The notes under the pieces: model-generated
Database searches by the model: none
Told to the model about the DNA's origin: nothing
What the model saw: only the letters and a program-made list of their open reading frames with translations
Translations under genes and position numbers: made by a program
Assembly (NCBI GenBank): GCA_028534125.1
Contig: CM052832.1
Location: 8,992,001 to 9,056,000, forward strand
Direction of reading: 5' to 3'
Length of the DNA stretch: 64,000 nt
From: Lama glama
Taxonomy: Eukaryota
In this document: in pieces, positions 37,697 to 48,130 of the stretch
Numbering within the stretch: position 1 is the first letter of the stretch
Layout of the letters: the number at the start of each line of letters is the position of its first letter

Positions 37697-40600
37697 CAGA
37701 CACACACACACACACACACAGAGCAAATGTTGAAAAACTAAACAACTGGTGAATCTAGGTGAATACATTCACTGTACTCTTTCAAACCAATTTTTCTGAG
37801 TTTAAAAATTTTCATAATGGAAAAGGTGGGGTGGGGACTTAAGTTCACACTGCAAGAAGCTGGTTACATTGGTTGCCTGCGGGCAACTGGGTGGCTGGGG
37901 ACAAAAGGAGAGAAACTTTTCACCGTAGTGTACATCTTTCTGTACCTTTTGGATTTTGAATGAAATAAATGTATTAGCTATACCAAAAGTAAATAGAGTT
38001 TACATTTTAAAACTCATTCCTCTCTAATATTAACTTGCTGAATTAAATTTCCCCAAGTAGACAAACACCGAAGGATAATGGTATTTTTGTTCATTACAAT
38101 GTTCTATAAAGTAATTTATACAGAAATTACAAAGTAAAAGAGTCACTGTAAGTGTGTCTGGATGTCCTGGGAGTTTAAACGTTAGATGACACCTCAACAC
38201 TACTTTTCCAACCTGTGCTGCCTGCAAGGCTGCGTCCTCCTTACTCCAAAACACCCGATGCTTTAATTTTTCTGGAAAACCTACAGCAGGAACACACCTG
38301 CCATAATGCAAGAGATCTAATCCCCATTACCCTTTGGCATTAGAAGTCACAAAAACATTATTTTGGAGCTGCCAATGTAGGCTTCTTGTTACCTCTGGAT
38401 AATTGAAACTTCAGGGGGTCAGAGAAAGGGATTTTTTTTTTTTCCCTCAGTGAAGCATTATTGAAAACAAAAAAAAAAGAAAAGAAAAAGAAATGACCAT
38501 GCTTTGGCTGATTATGTGTAATTAATTATAATAACAAACATAAAGTAGATCAATATATACAGATGTAAAGTGGTCCTCAAGTTATACGACTATGTAAAAC
38601 GGTGTATGCTGTGTTGCAGAGGTAAATGTATGTGTGACATCTGTGCTGAGGATGCAGAGGACACCTCTGGGAGAACAGAAAGAACCTAGAGACAAACAGT
38701 GGTGGCTTCTGGGAGGGAAACTTGGGAGAGGAAGACTTGCTTTTCACTCTAAACTATTTTGGAGCTGTTTCTAATGTTTACCATTTACACATTTTACTTA
38801 TTTTTAAAAAATGCATCAGTATGTTGATAAGTGCTATCCAGGTATCACCTCCTTGATGTGGGGTAAATTTTTTAAACTAGAAGAAAACAAGAGTAATCTG
38901 TAATTCCCCTACCCAGAGAACTGCTGTTAATGTAACAGGGCGCTTCTTTCTAATCGAGTTTCTGGGTGTTTCATAAGCAAGAGGGTTTTCTGCTTTTTAA
39001 TTCACCATATTGTCTCTCCTCAGCATTTTTCTAAAAGTGAAAACAAATTGTTTATTAAACATCTTACAGTTAAACGTGCAATCTTAATATATACATGTTT
39101 AAATGTGCACTTTATTTTGTCAGCCTTTCCTCAAATCTTTGATTATTTTTCAGAAACATTTTAAATGACTACATAGTACTTCATTATAGCAAATAATTCT
39201 CCTATTATTGGAGAATTACTATTTGGGTTTAGAAAACTTTTTTGCAACTAAAGTGTAGAAGGATATTGCTCTATAGCGTGCTATATGTGAATAAGAAACA
39301 AGGGGAAATAAAAAAATATACATGCATCTGCTTATTTGTGTGAAAATAACAGAGGATAAATAAATGAGAAACTAATGAGATTGGTGAATGAATACAGGGG
39401 ATGGGTGAGAACTGACTGGCAGGAAAGGATGGAGGGGTGAGAGCAGGAGAGGGGTTGCGGGGTGGGCCTGCCCCAGGCACACTTTCTGCGTAGCCCTGAC
39501 TTTCGAGACCATGCTAATGGTTCACTCATTCAAAAGAAATTAAACAGAGGGTAGAGAGGAAAGAATCCTAAAATGAAACACAAACAGAAATAAATAAGCA
39601 GAAGTATTGTTCAAATGAACAGCACAACCACACCAAGAGGGGGAAGACGCTCTCACCCAGATAACTTTTGAACACAGTATTTTGAATATATACCTATAGG
39701 CTAAAGACAGAGCTTTAAACCAATACGGAAGTCTAATTAGTAGGTTTGTTTTTCGCAGTGGTATGAATTTGCAATTCTTTTTTTTTTTTTTACATAGGGG
39801 AAAGTGAAAATGCAGGACCCCACTACCACAAATTGTGCAGCTGAGTTTCCCACATTTGGGGAAATCGCAGGGGTCAGCACATCCGGAGTGCAATGGATGA
39901 GCCTCGCCCTGGGAAAACCACCTTCATGATCATAGTATCTCCCCTGCCAGGTAAGTACTGAATTAGCAATTCTTAAACTATTTTCTATGTGTTCTAGGAC
40001 TGGGAAAATCAGCAAATGTATTGTGGATCTGGCTTTCATATTGTTAGAAAAGAGAATTACAAATATGGAAAAGAAGTAGACTTGAGTAACAAAACTGGTG
40101 GTCCTGGATTAGAATTGGAAGTATCAACATGAGCGCTTGGTTTTTAATATAGTTCAATAAATAGCCATAGAGGTTGGGTCTGGGTAAATATATGTAAGTC
40201 CCATCCGAGACGACTTCAGTAGCAATGAATACGGAGTGCTCAGACCTTGGTTTCTAAGTACTGTTCTCCACCAGAAGGAATAAGGTTCCTTAAAGAAATG
40301 GTTGATTCCAGGTCAGGGGCAGGGAAAGAGAAAGATGAACATGGAACATTTTGTTTTGCCAGAAATTAAAGGAAGTGCTCAAAACATGATGGAAACATGT
40401 CAGAAGGGCCAGCAGCCAATTTGGAGGGGCACTCAATGGCCATCAAATCGATGTGAACATCAAAATAAATGACTGTAACAGTTTCAAACCCATTACATAA
40501 AATAAGAATCTATTTGAGTCCATACTGATATAAGCAAACAGAGAAGTGGGAAGTGGGAGAAGGAAAAGCTCTTCCTTAGAGCAGAATGCCAATAATTAAT

Positions 40601-43600
40601 GTAGAACAAATGATGGAATCAGAAAATCTCTGTTTGGTGACCATTGGAATAGCTGATTCAGTTATAACTGATTCAGTCAGGAACTATCAATGAAAGCATA
40701 AACTAGTATGTGCGAGTCTGATGAGAAACTGGATATCTACATAGTCTCAAAGTATCTCCCAGAAGAAACTTACTGACGATGCATCAGACACCACATGAAG
40801 CGGGCACCATCTTAAGCAAGTGTTCAAAGTTAACACCACCAGGAATGTGACGAGTCTACATCCTGAGGACAAATCGCTCTGTGACAATCCTACCAAAAAT
40901 CTATAACCTGAATCTAATCACAGGGAAACAGCAGAGAAACCCAAACATCTTTACTTTTTCAATAACCTTGACATTATTTCAAAACAAACAGACACATATG
41001 CACCTTTGATACCAAAAGTAATACACTGAACAACTTTGCATAAATAATCTTTGTTTCCTTAGGATTTGTAGTGGAATTACTAAGTCAAAGGTATACAGTT
41101 TAAAAAATGTTGAAGTAGATGGTAGAAAGTGTTTGAATTCTTCTAAATGTGAAGGAGAAAGGCAGGGAAAGTGGAGGTCTAAGGAGGGTGGACTACTGAG
41201 GGGGGAAAGTGATGTATGAAACTGGAACTACACAACATGCTCAGAATGAGTGAGAATCAAGAGTCAGAGTTCAAGGATTGGCCGATGGGGTGAGGGACCA
41301 AACCTGATGATCGTTTGAAATGCTTTTCAGAAACATAATCCTTGTCTAGTTTTTCTGATTGCTCACAGTAATTCACCTGCACAGTGGCCTGGTAAGAGAA
41401 GGCTCAGGTACCTAGTCCAGTGCCCTGGATCCCTCCCTCCACATGCTTCCTGCTGGTGCAGGCCAGTTACCCACTGTTGAGTCACACTGGGTTCCTGAGC
41501 CTTTCCAGTTGGCACCCAAAAAATACGCTTGACTTCTCTACCCAGTCTTCAGTGATATGACCTAAGTGGCTTCTATATGATGTAAGTAAATAATCTAAAA
41601 TAAGCTTTCCTTTTAAATGCCTATAATACATTCCATCAAGTATGTGTATCAATATTGGCTTTTACTGAGTATCTGCCATTTGCCTGGGCCTGTGCTGAGG
41701 GCTTTATATGGATTATCTCATTAATTCTCCCAATAACTCCATGGGATGGTAACATTATTATGTCCATCTTACTGATGAAAAAAAAAAAAGTCTAGAGGAT
41801 TAATTAGGATAAGACCTGCTCCATGTCATAAAGCTTAGATTCAAATCTATCCATGAGTCTGAGTCTAGAGCCTCCACTCTAAACCAGAATGCTCTGCTGG
41901 GTGAAACATTTTAATTAAGAAGAAAAAAGGCAATCAATCATAAGTTGAACATTTTAAGATAATAAATTGGGAGCCTAGGATGAAAATTATATTCTAGTAA
42001 AAACACGTTTCATTTTTGCATTCTGTTAATCGTCCACACATTCACTTGGTAAAGGGGCTGTTACCTGACAGAAGAACTGCTGCTGGGCTCCCACCCCGGG
42101 TGTGGTGCTGAAGGTGCTGGTAGATTTGGAAGAAGGAACTGGAAGACGATGAGACACACTGACCGGTACTGGAGTCCTGTTTGGCTGGGTCAGCTGATCT
42201 CCCGTAAAGTTTGATCCTGTTGCACCAGACTGAACCGCAGACCCGAGACTAGGATGGGCAGTGCTGGAGGAGCTGACCACAGGGAACCGACTAGGTCCTG
42301 ACATGCTCGTCACTGAGGGCATGGTGGTGAAGCCCGGTCTTCCTTGGGAGACGCTGCTCTGCCCAGGGGACAGGTGCAATACGGTCGGTGACGCCTGCTG
42401 CAAGGGCATCTGTCCACCAACAATCTGAGGAGAGGCGTGATTGACTATCACTGGACTTCCAGAGGCAGCGAATGTCTGCCCAGACACTAACTGGACGGCG
42501 GTGTTCTGGTTGTTAAGCATCTGTCCAGAATACGGTTGGTTGGTCCTGAGCATGTTGGAGGAGTTTCTGTTCAACATGACATGCTCTGAGGCCACCTGGC
42601 CAGAAATGAGCTGAGAGGGTTGAGTCTGAAGAAGTTGCCCATTTATGGTCTGGACGTGGTGTACCGAGTTGGAACTGACGGAAAGGCTTGTAGGTATAAG
42701 GAACTGACTTTGGGGTGTGTGAGGCTGGCCCATGGGAGAATGAATAACGATGCTGCCCCCCGCGCTGCTCACTGCCTGTGACGTGACTGGTTTCCTTGTG
42801 TTCTGTTGGTTGACAATGTTCACTGACATGTGCGGACCAACCACCGAGCCCTGGGGTGAGCTTGCAGAGGCGAAAGAGATCCCTTGTTGAACGTGGTGCT
42901 GCTGTATTCCCAAATTGTTCACATTGTATGTGTTTTGCTGACCCATCTGGATAGGCTTTGGCTGGATATTAATCGGGACTTTATTTGAATTTGGTGCAAG
43001 ACCCCTTTGTATGATGATGTTATGCACAGGTAAAGACGTTTGAAAATTTGTGCTGTTAAATGGAACGGTAACAGGCTGTGCTACTGGACTGGAACTGGAG
43101 TTCCCAAACAAGGAGTTGCCGTTAGGAGTCTGTCTGTGAACCAGGAGCCCTCCACTCACATTTGATGGGGGCTGTTGCCCACTGCCCTTTAATATGATTT
43201 GAGATCCATCTAGGTTATTAATAGTCATCATGGAAGGTTGATTACCAAATGACCCAATTAACTGTATTTGACCAGAACCACTAATCTGACTGCTGTTAGA
43301 CAAATGCTGGCTGGGCACACTGATCCCCACGTGGTGCATAAAGCCATGGTGCACACCCACTGTATTGCTTGCAAACGATGCTCCAACAGGCACATGAGTC
43401 ACCCCTATAGGCTGCAGCGTCTGACCTGAGTAATTAGAAACATTAGAAGCCTGAGTAAAGGATGCTGATGAAGAGGGATGAAGCTGAGCTTGTGCAAACT
43501 GTTGGCTTGAACCTATACTGGCGTCCAAATATGCCTCTTCTGCCAATGTTTGTTCAGTGATATTGGCCTCTTGCAAGGATTTCTGAAGAATGTCGAAAGG

Positions 43601-46600
43601 TTGGTCCTCACTGAGATCAGGAAGAGGAGAAGACTCAAGTTCATCTTCGAGAAACTGAAGGCTACTTGAAAGTGGCAGTCCATCACTGGGCCCTTCTCCA
43701 AGCTGGCTGCTTACAGCTTTGAGGGATGACTTAGGATCAGCATTCTAAAAAAATTAGCAGGAAGTTACACGGCACATCTATCCTTTGAAAGAGAGATTCT
43801 TAAACAAAAAACTAATCTCACTTTTGAGTATGACTAAAGCGTAACAGGCTGCCTTTCAGGCACAACTCTTCAAACTGCTCACCTTACTCTGAACTTGATT
43901 TCCTTAGTAATGATGTTTAAAATTATTTCTGTAAGTATATGCATTCCTTATTCTGGTAAATTATTTTACAGGAAACAGATCAATAACATGAACATATTCA
44001 TGACTATCTGGAGTTTAGTTTTTTTGTTTTTTTGAGATAGTGGTGTAGGTTTTATTTTTTAGGATTTCTCCCAAGACCAAGGCTGGAGTGGGACTCAGCC
44101 TAGGGTCTGTGGTATCTAGGAGACAACCATGTCTAGTTCTTCATACCACAGGAGTTGACATGAGTTTGGGGCATGCTGAGTGTGGTTCTACTACAAGTCC
44201 ATAGGGTATCCCAGATTCAGCCTTGACTTTCAAGGTTTCTCAAAACTCCCCTCATTCTAACCTGCACCACTCCAGGCAAGACAAGCTTCCCACATGAAAT
44301 GAGTGATGGTCATTTGATTTCTCAGAAGTAATCAGCTTATCATGACGTTTTGAAAACGACTTCAGTGTCTTATTCAAAAATAAAAGTTGCTCAAAATTTA
44401 TCAAGTGTCCAATTACGTATTACTGTCTGTTCTTAATGAGTCCTTAAGGACTTTGCATTCCAACTGGAGACAGCAACACGGGATATGAAGAGAACTGAAC
44501 AGAGTCACCAACAAATCAGAGACACTCCACTGGCCAGCAGTGTATCATGGGATACGTCAAAATTATAAAAGAAAAAAACCCAGAATCAATAGCTATTTGA
44601 CATAAGAGAAGATAGTGTGAATGTGCTTAATACTATCAAACTGTATACTTAAAAACGGTTAAGATGGTAAATTTTATGTCATATATATTCTTTAACACAA
44701 TTAAAAAAATTTTAAGGTGAGAAAAATTAAAAATAGGTTAATCAAGAATACTTCAACTTGCAAAAACTACAGAGATTCTCAGCCCTAGGCTAATAAGGTG
44801 TGTTGGGGGCTTGGTGGTAGGACAAACGAGGTAGAAGAGCCAGTTCACTAGACACCCAGTCAACTGTTGAAATGGGACTGACATGGTCTCAGTTAGGTGG
44901 ACACCACCTTAGGGCTTGTAGAGTCATTGGAAAGGAAGTGGAGAAAAGCAATTGAAAGCAAGGAGGGTTATTTATGTTTTTTGGCAGAGAAATATCAAGG
45001 CAACAGTGGATCTCTCCTGAGTGGTGACACACAGGTGAATGTTTTCACAATGCACAAATCAACAGACCACAGATTTAAAATTCCGTATTTTTCAAAGCTT
45101 TAAAAATATTTCTACTGATAAGATGCAATCCAAGTTCCTAATAAATAGACACCGAGCAGAGTAGCCTGAGGAGTTGGAATTGATGCTCATGCAGAAGTGC
45201 GAGAGCTGGTAAGGAAGACTCGGTAATGTTGGGGAACAGACTAAACATCTACTTTCTGGGTTTAACGGCATCACATGCAGTTATCACCCGTTCAGAATGA
45301 ACTTCAGAATTGCTACTGATTCACCAGCCTTACAGGAAATCAATGCTGAGACTTGAAAGCCACCCCTAGCACGGGGAGGAGTCTTGCATGTGATGATCTG
45401 ACATACTTTACACACACTCAAATACTTGAGAGAAGTACGCATTCCGAAGGCCTTTCTGAAAACTATCCTACTCTATAGATGAAAACAATAAAGACCTTGT
45501 CGATAATAAGCTGACATTAACTGAGCACTGGACCACGTGACTTCCATGGACTAGTCCATTAACCTTCCCCATCTTCAGAAGTAGTTCTGTTATTCTCCTG
45601 GGTTCACAAATAAGGAAACCAAGACTTACAGAGATTTCGTGATGCATGCAAGGTTACACAGCTAGTAGGTGGCAGAGCAAGGATACAAACTTGGGCAGTC
45701 GGACTCTAGACTACCATCCACGGCAGGACGCGGCAGTTGAAAAGATTAAAGTCACATGGGCTTAAACATAGTTCTCTGGATCCAGTCTCCAGGCAGGACT
45801 CCCCTGTTCCCCAGGTCAGATTTCTTGTGTAGATGCACCTGGAGCTTATTAAGCATATGTGCCCTGGAACTTGGTGGCCTGGGCTGGATTCCTAGTTCTG
45901 CAGCTCCTGACTCTGTGATATTGGGTCAGTACTACCCTCTCTGCCCTTTAGTTTTCTCAACTCTAAAGTATGGATATTAACAGAACACGCTTGGTGGAAT
46001 TATTTGAGGTTTCATGAGGTTAATATATATTAAGCCCTTAGTGCCAAGAACATACTGAGTACTTGGTAGGTATCAGCTACTATTCTCTTTTTCCTTGTTT
46101 AAGATGAAAATCATCAGAAAGTAACTACAATTCAGATGATTTCTTTAAAGTTTATATAACAAGGTTCAAAAGACTCTAACAGAACTTTCTCAGGTCATAA
46201 TGTTTCTGAGTCATTTGAGAAAGAAAGTTGAAAGCTTAGGAAAATGGCAAAGTAAAAATCTTAATTGACTAAGTTAAAAGTAGAAAATATCAACATAATT
46301 CAACAGATTATTCCTTTTGTGTCAATTACAAAAGTCAAGGTAAGGATTCTCATCATGATACATCGGCAACTAAAGCTTCAATTTACCAGGCATCAATGAG
46401 ACAGAAACATCTAATCACTGCATTCATTCAGTTTCCAATACTCACACTAGAGTTGGCAAAAATTGAATTTGAATTGGCTGCAGAATATCCTGTATTAGTC
46501 AGGTCCTCATTGCTCTGCAAAGGTACAAATTTTAAAAAATGATCAATTTAACTGTAAAGAAGAAATGAAATGTATGCCTGTGATGTTCTGAGTATTACTT

Positions 46601-47107
46601 ACCGATTTGTTACTAGGTCCATGTAGAAAATAGTTCAATGCTTGTGGGTCTCTAGAAAACCACCACCAAAAAGGGAAAACAACAAATAAATACATTACTT
46701 ATATAGGGTTCATTTTTACTAGGGTAAAAAGAAAATGACGTATTAGCTTGAGTAAAATCCCTTCCCTTTTTTAAAACTATTAGTTGTTTTTTTGTTTGCT
46801 TGTTTGTTTGTTTTGTTTTGTTTTGATGTCCCATTTCCTATTATCACTCATTTCCTCCTAGGGTTTCTGAGGAAATAAATTTAATAAAGGATTACCTAAT
46901 TATGACCCCGTGTTAATCCATGTCACTTTGTCTCCCTACTATACCCAAGATGATTATTTAATTTTTGTTTAAAAGACCCACTTGGTTTTGATATGCTTAT
47001 TAGATTGTTTCAGTCTAGCAAATCTCACACATTTGATTTACTCTGATTTGGGAGCAAGCATCTTACCCAATAAGATCAAGGAGACACGAGTCATCATCAT
47101 CATCCAT
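20582..47107 (-). CDS. BICRAL: BRD4-interacting chromatin-remodeling complex-associated protein-like (GLTSCR1L), join(47107-47067,46651-46603,46514-46446,43744-42065,29703-29598,28801-28701,27654-27593,26896-26751,25707-25613,23505-23403,21369-20582), 1079 aa
   Basis: Assembled peptide MDDDDDSCLLDLIGDPQALNYFLHG...DQPFDILQKSLQEANITEQTL...DAVQRLLSYHV...ETDSILEAAVNSILEC; all introns GT-AG, phases consistent, 3240 nt with no internal stop. Confidence 0.97.
23403..23505 (-). CDS. BICRAL: BICRAL coding exon 10
   Basis: tcag|(RINPSAEMVMIDRMFNQEERASLSRDKRLALVDP)G|gtaagg. Confidence 0.96.
24311..24743 (+). mobile_element. Internally deleted Tigger1-type DNA transposon
   Basis: Both degenerate TIRs present (CAGGCAGACCT... 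/ ...AGGTGTGCCTC) with characteristic subterminal sequence. Confidence 0.75.
25613..25707 (-). CDS. BICRAL: BICRAL coding exon 9
   Basis: aaag|TT(DNEFETVATQLLKRTQAMLNKYRCLLLEDAM)|gtaaag. Confidence 0.96.
26751..26896 (-). CDS. BICRAL: BICRAL coding exon 8 (start of GLTSCR1 domain)
   Basis: ccag|C(ILQQLQRDQ...DAVQRLLSYHVCQG...EEDLKK)G|gtaaac. Confidence 0.96.
27439..27517 (-). mobile_element. Very short L1 3'-tail insertion
   Basis: L1 terminal sequence (TAGTTGATTTACAATGTT...ATACAGCAAAGTGAT) between imperfect TSDs CTTCTG(T/C)TGTAT(G/A)T. Confidence 0.6.
27593..27654 (-). CDS. BICRAL: BICRAL coding exon 7
   Basis: ttag|(VDSHSGGQKRPAAKQLTKGA)TT|gtgagt. Confidence 0.94.
28701..28801 (-). CDS. 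BICRAL: BICRAL coding exon 6
   Basis: acag|GG(QDSGSKVIPASLGTAQPQQEKGVGSSPGQPAVQ)|gtagag. Confidence 0.92.
29598..29703 (-). CDS. BICRAL: BICRAL coding exon 5
   Basis: acag|(AQKKSLNQTSPISAPKT...STTLP)G|gtcagg. Confidence 0.93.
33010..33200. mobile_element. MER5A-like fossil
   Basis: GCATCAGGATCACCT..GGAGCT...GACTGATTCAG...AGGAATCTG.ATTTC...GATTCTGATGCA...TTGGAAACCACTG. Confidence 0.65.
33560..35100 (+). mobile_element. Ancient L2-like LINE remnants
   Basis: Pyrimidine-rich degenerate L2-like sequence ending in TGAATGAATGAAT near 35083-35095; boundaries approximate. Confidence 0.5.
35552..35725. mobile_element. MER5A-like fossil
   Basis: CCTGGCTGCACTTTAGAACCATCTGGGGAGCTT...AAATCAGAAT...AAGCTCCTCAGATGATTCT. 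Confidence 0.65.
36590..38000 (+). mobile_element. Old L1M (L1MC/ME-like) 3' fragments
   Basis: Typical 3'-UTR phrases (AATCTAATCATGAGGAAA, GCAACTTACTTTCAAATGGTTCAG, AACTGGTGAATCTAGGTGAA); boundaries approximate. Confidence 0.6.
37661..37720. repeat. Compound microsatellite (TG)16-(CA)10, head-to-head
   Basis: Read directly from the sequence. Confidence 0.95.
39270..40990 (+). mobile_element. Old L1MC-like fragment hosting the U1 retrocopy
   Basis: Degenerate L1M 3'-UTR phrases (GTCTCAAAGTATCTCCC, AACCTGAATCTAATCA); boundaries approximate. Confidence 0.5.
39795..39958 (-). pseudogene. RNU1: Full-length (164 nt) U1 snRNA retrocopy with A-tail and TSD
   Basis: Minus strand reads GTACTTACCTGGCAGGGGAGATAC...CATTGCACTCCGG...AATTTGTGG...CTTTCCCCTA, then TGT plus an A-run; 16-bp TSD TGAATT(T/A)GCAATTCTT at 39764-39779 and 39959-39974. 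Confidence 0.96.
42065..43744 (-). CDS. BICRAL: BICRAL coding exon 4 (1680 nt, Q/S/N/P-rich)
   Basis: ttag|AAT GCT GAT...TGT CAG|gtaac; contains the 516-aa ORF of the track. Confidence 0.98.
46446..46514 (-). CDS. BICRAL: BICRAL coding exon 3
   Basis: gcag|(SNEDLTNTGYSAANSNSIFANSS)|gtgagt; follows an 88-nt intron. Confidence 0.95.
46603..46651 (-). CDS. BICRAL: BICRAL coding exon 2
   Basis: ctag|A GAC CCA (DPQALNYFLHGPSNKS)|gtaagt. Confidence 0.95.
47067..47107 (-). CDS. BICRAL: BICRAL coding exon 1 (exon begins at 47112, 5 nt of UTR)
   Basis: gtag|TTGTC ATG GAT GAT GAT GAT GAC TCG...ATT GG|gtaaga. Confidence 0.95.
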
Positions 47108-47948
47108 GACAACTACAAGAGAAAGAAACAAGAAAGCACTGTTTCAGCAAAGCAGATTAAAGTCAGCAGCATCAAAGCACCACGAAAACATACTTCCTAC
47201 TTTCCTCGATAAATAACTGTAATTCATGTAAGTTTTCCCTCTAATTGCTAATATGAATGTGATTTTTAATTTTTTGTGGTCATTCAAGAGATCGAGTATT
47301 CAATTTAAATTGTTTGTATTGAACACAAATCCTTAACTTACAAGTCAAAAAGGAATCTAGACAAATCAAAGATAGTTGGCAGTAACCCCTCACATGCAGA
47401 TTCCCCAAAGGGGCGGTAAACCATGAACAGTAACTTCCTCAAAATGTATAACGAACAAGAGGAGAAATCATGTTTTTTTTGTTTCAGAAAAAAATCTCAT
47501 GCATACAGAGGTCTTTGAATTTTGTGACTGGATGTTTCCAAACCTGGTGAGCAATCTGGGTTTCTAGCCAGATTTGGGCTATCTTTAGGAAAACAGAAAA
47601 GTCACTTCTCCCTACTTTTTGAGACAGGAGAGGCACCATCACCCCAGGCAGTACTGTGACAGGCTTTGCCCCGAAGATCCCAAGTTCCTCCTTCAGCAGC
47701 AGCAGTGCCAACTGTTCAGTTCTAAACAATCTATATCCCAATGCCGGAATCTTTAAAGTCGAAAATCTCAACCCCAAATTCACCCCAGCTCCAAGCCCAA
47801 AGCTCCCTCTCTCCCCAGCCATCAGCAGCCTCAGGCTCAGCCAGCGCAATCACTGTGCTCTGGCTGAAACAACAACAACTGTACAAATTCCAAGAGCAGT
47901 TCATCCCCCTTCCTTTCTCCTCCCTCCCCCGAGGTCCGGGAAACTTAC

Positions 47949-48130
47949 ACTAGTGATCCGACACCTGGCAACACTGCTTCGCACCCATTTCGAGCCATGC
48001 GTGGAATAATTTACATCACGGAATGCCAAGGCCAAGAGTTCTGGAGCCGTTGGAAAGGGCAGTTGTGAACGGCAGTTGGACGGAGGAATGAAATCCTGAA
48101 GAGATGCCCAGAAGAGGGACACACCCGAAG
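47949..48130 (-). promoter_or_regulatory. BICRAL: Candidate proximal non-coding first exon/promoter of BICRAL
   Basis: Local CpG enrichment in repeat-free sequence and a GTAAGT donor at 47948-47943, 836 nt upstream of the ATG-exon acceptor; 5' end unknown. Confidence 0.55.

Noticed and set aside
39795..39958. Functional U1 snRNA gene
   Set aside because: TSD and A-tail indicate retroposition, no PSE or 3' box was recognised, and stem-loop IV is mutated.
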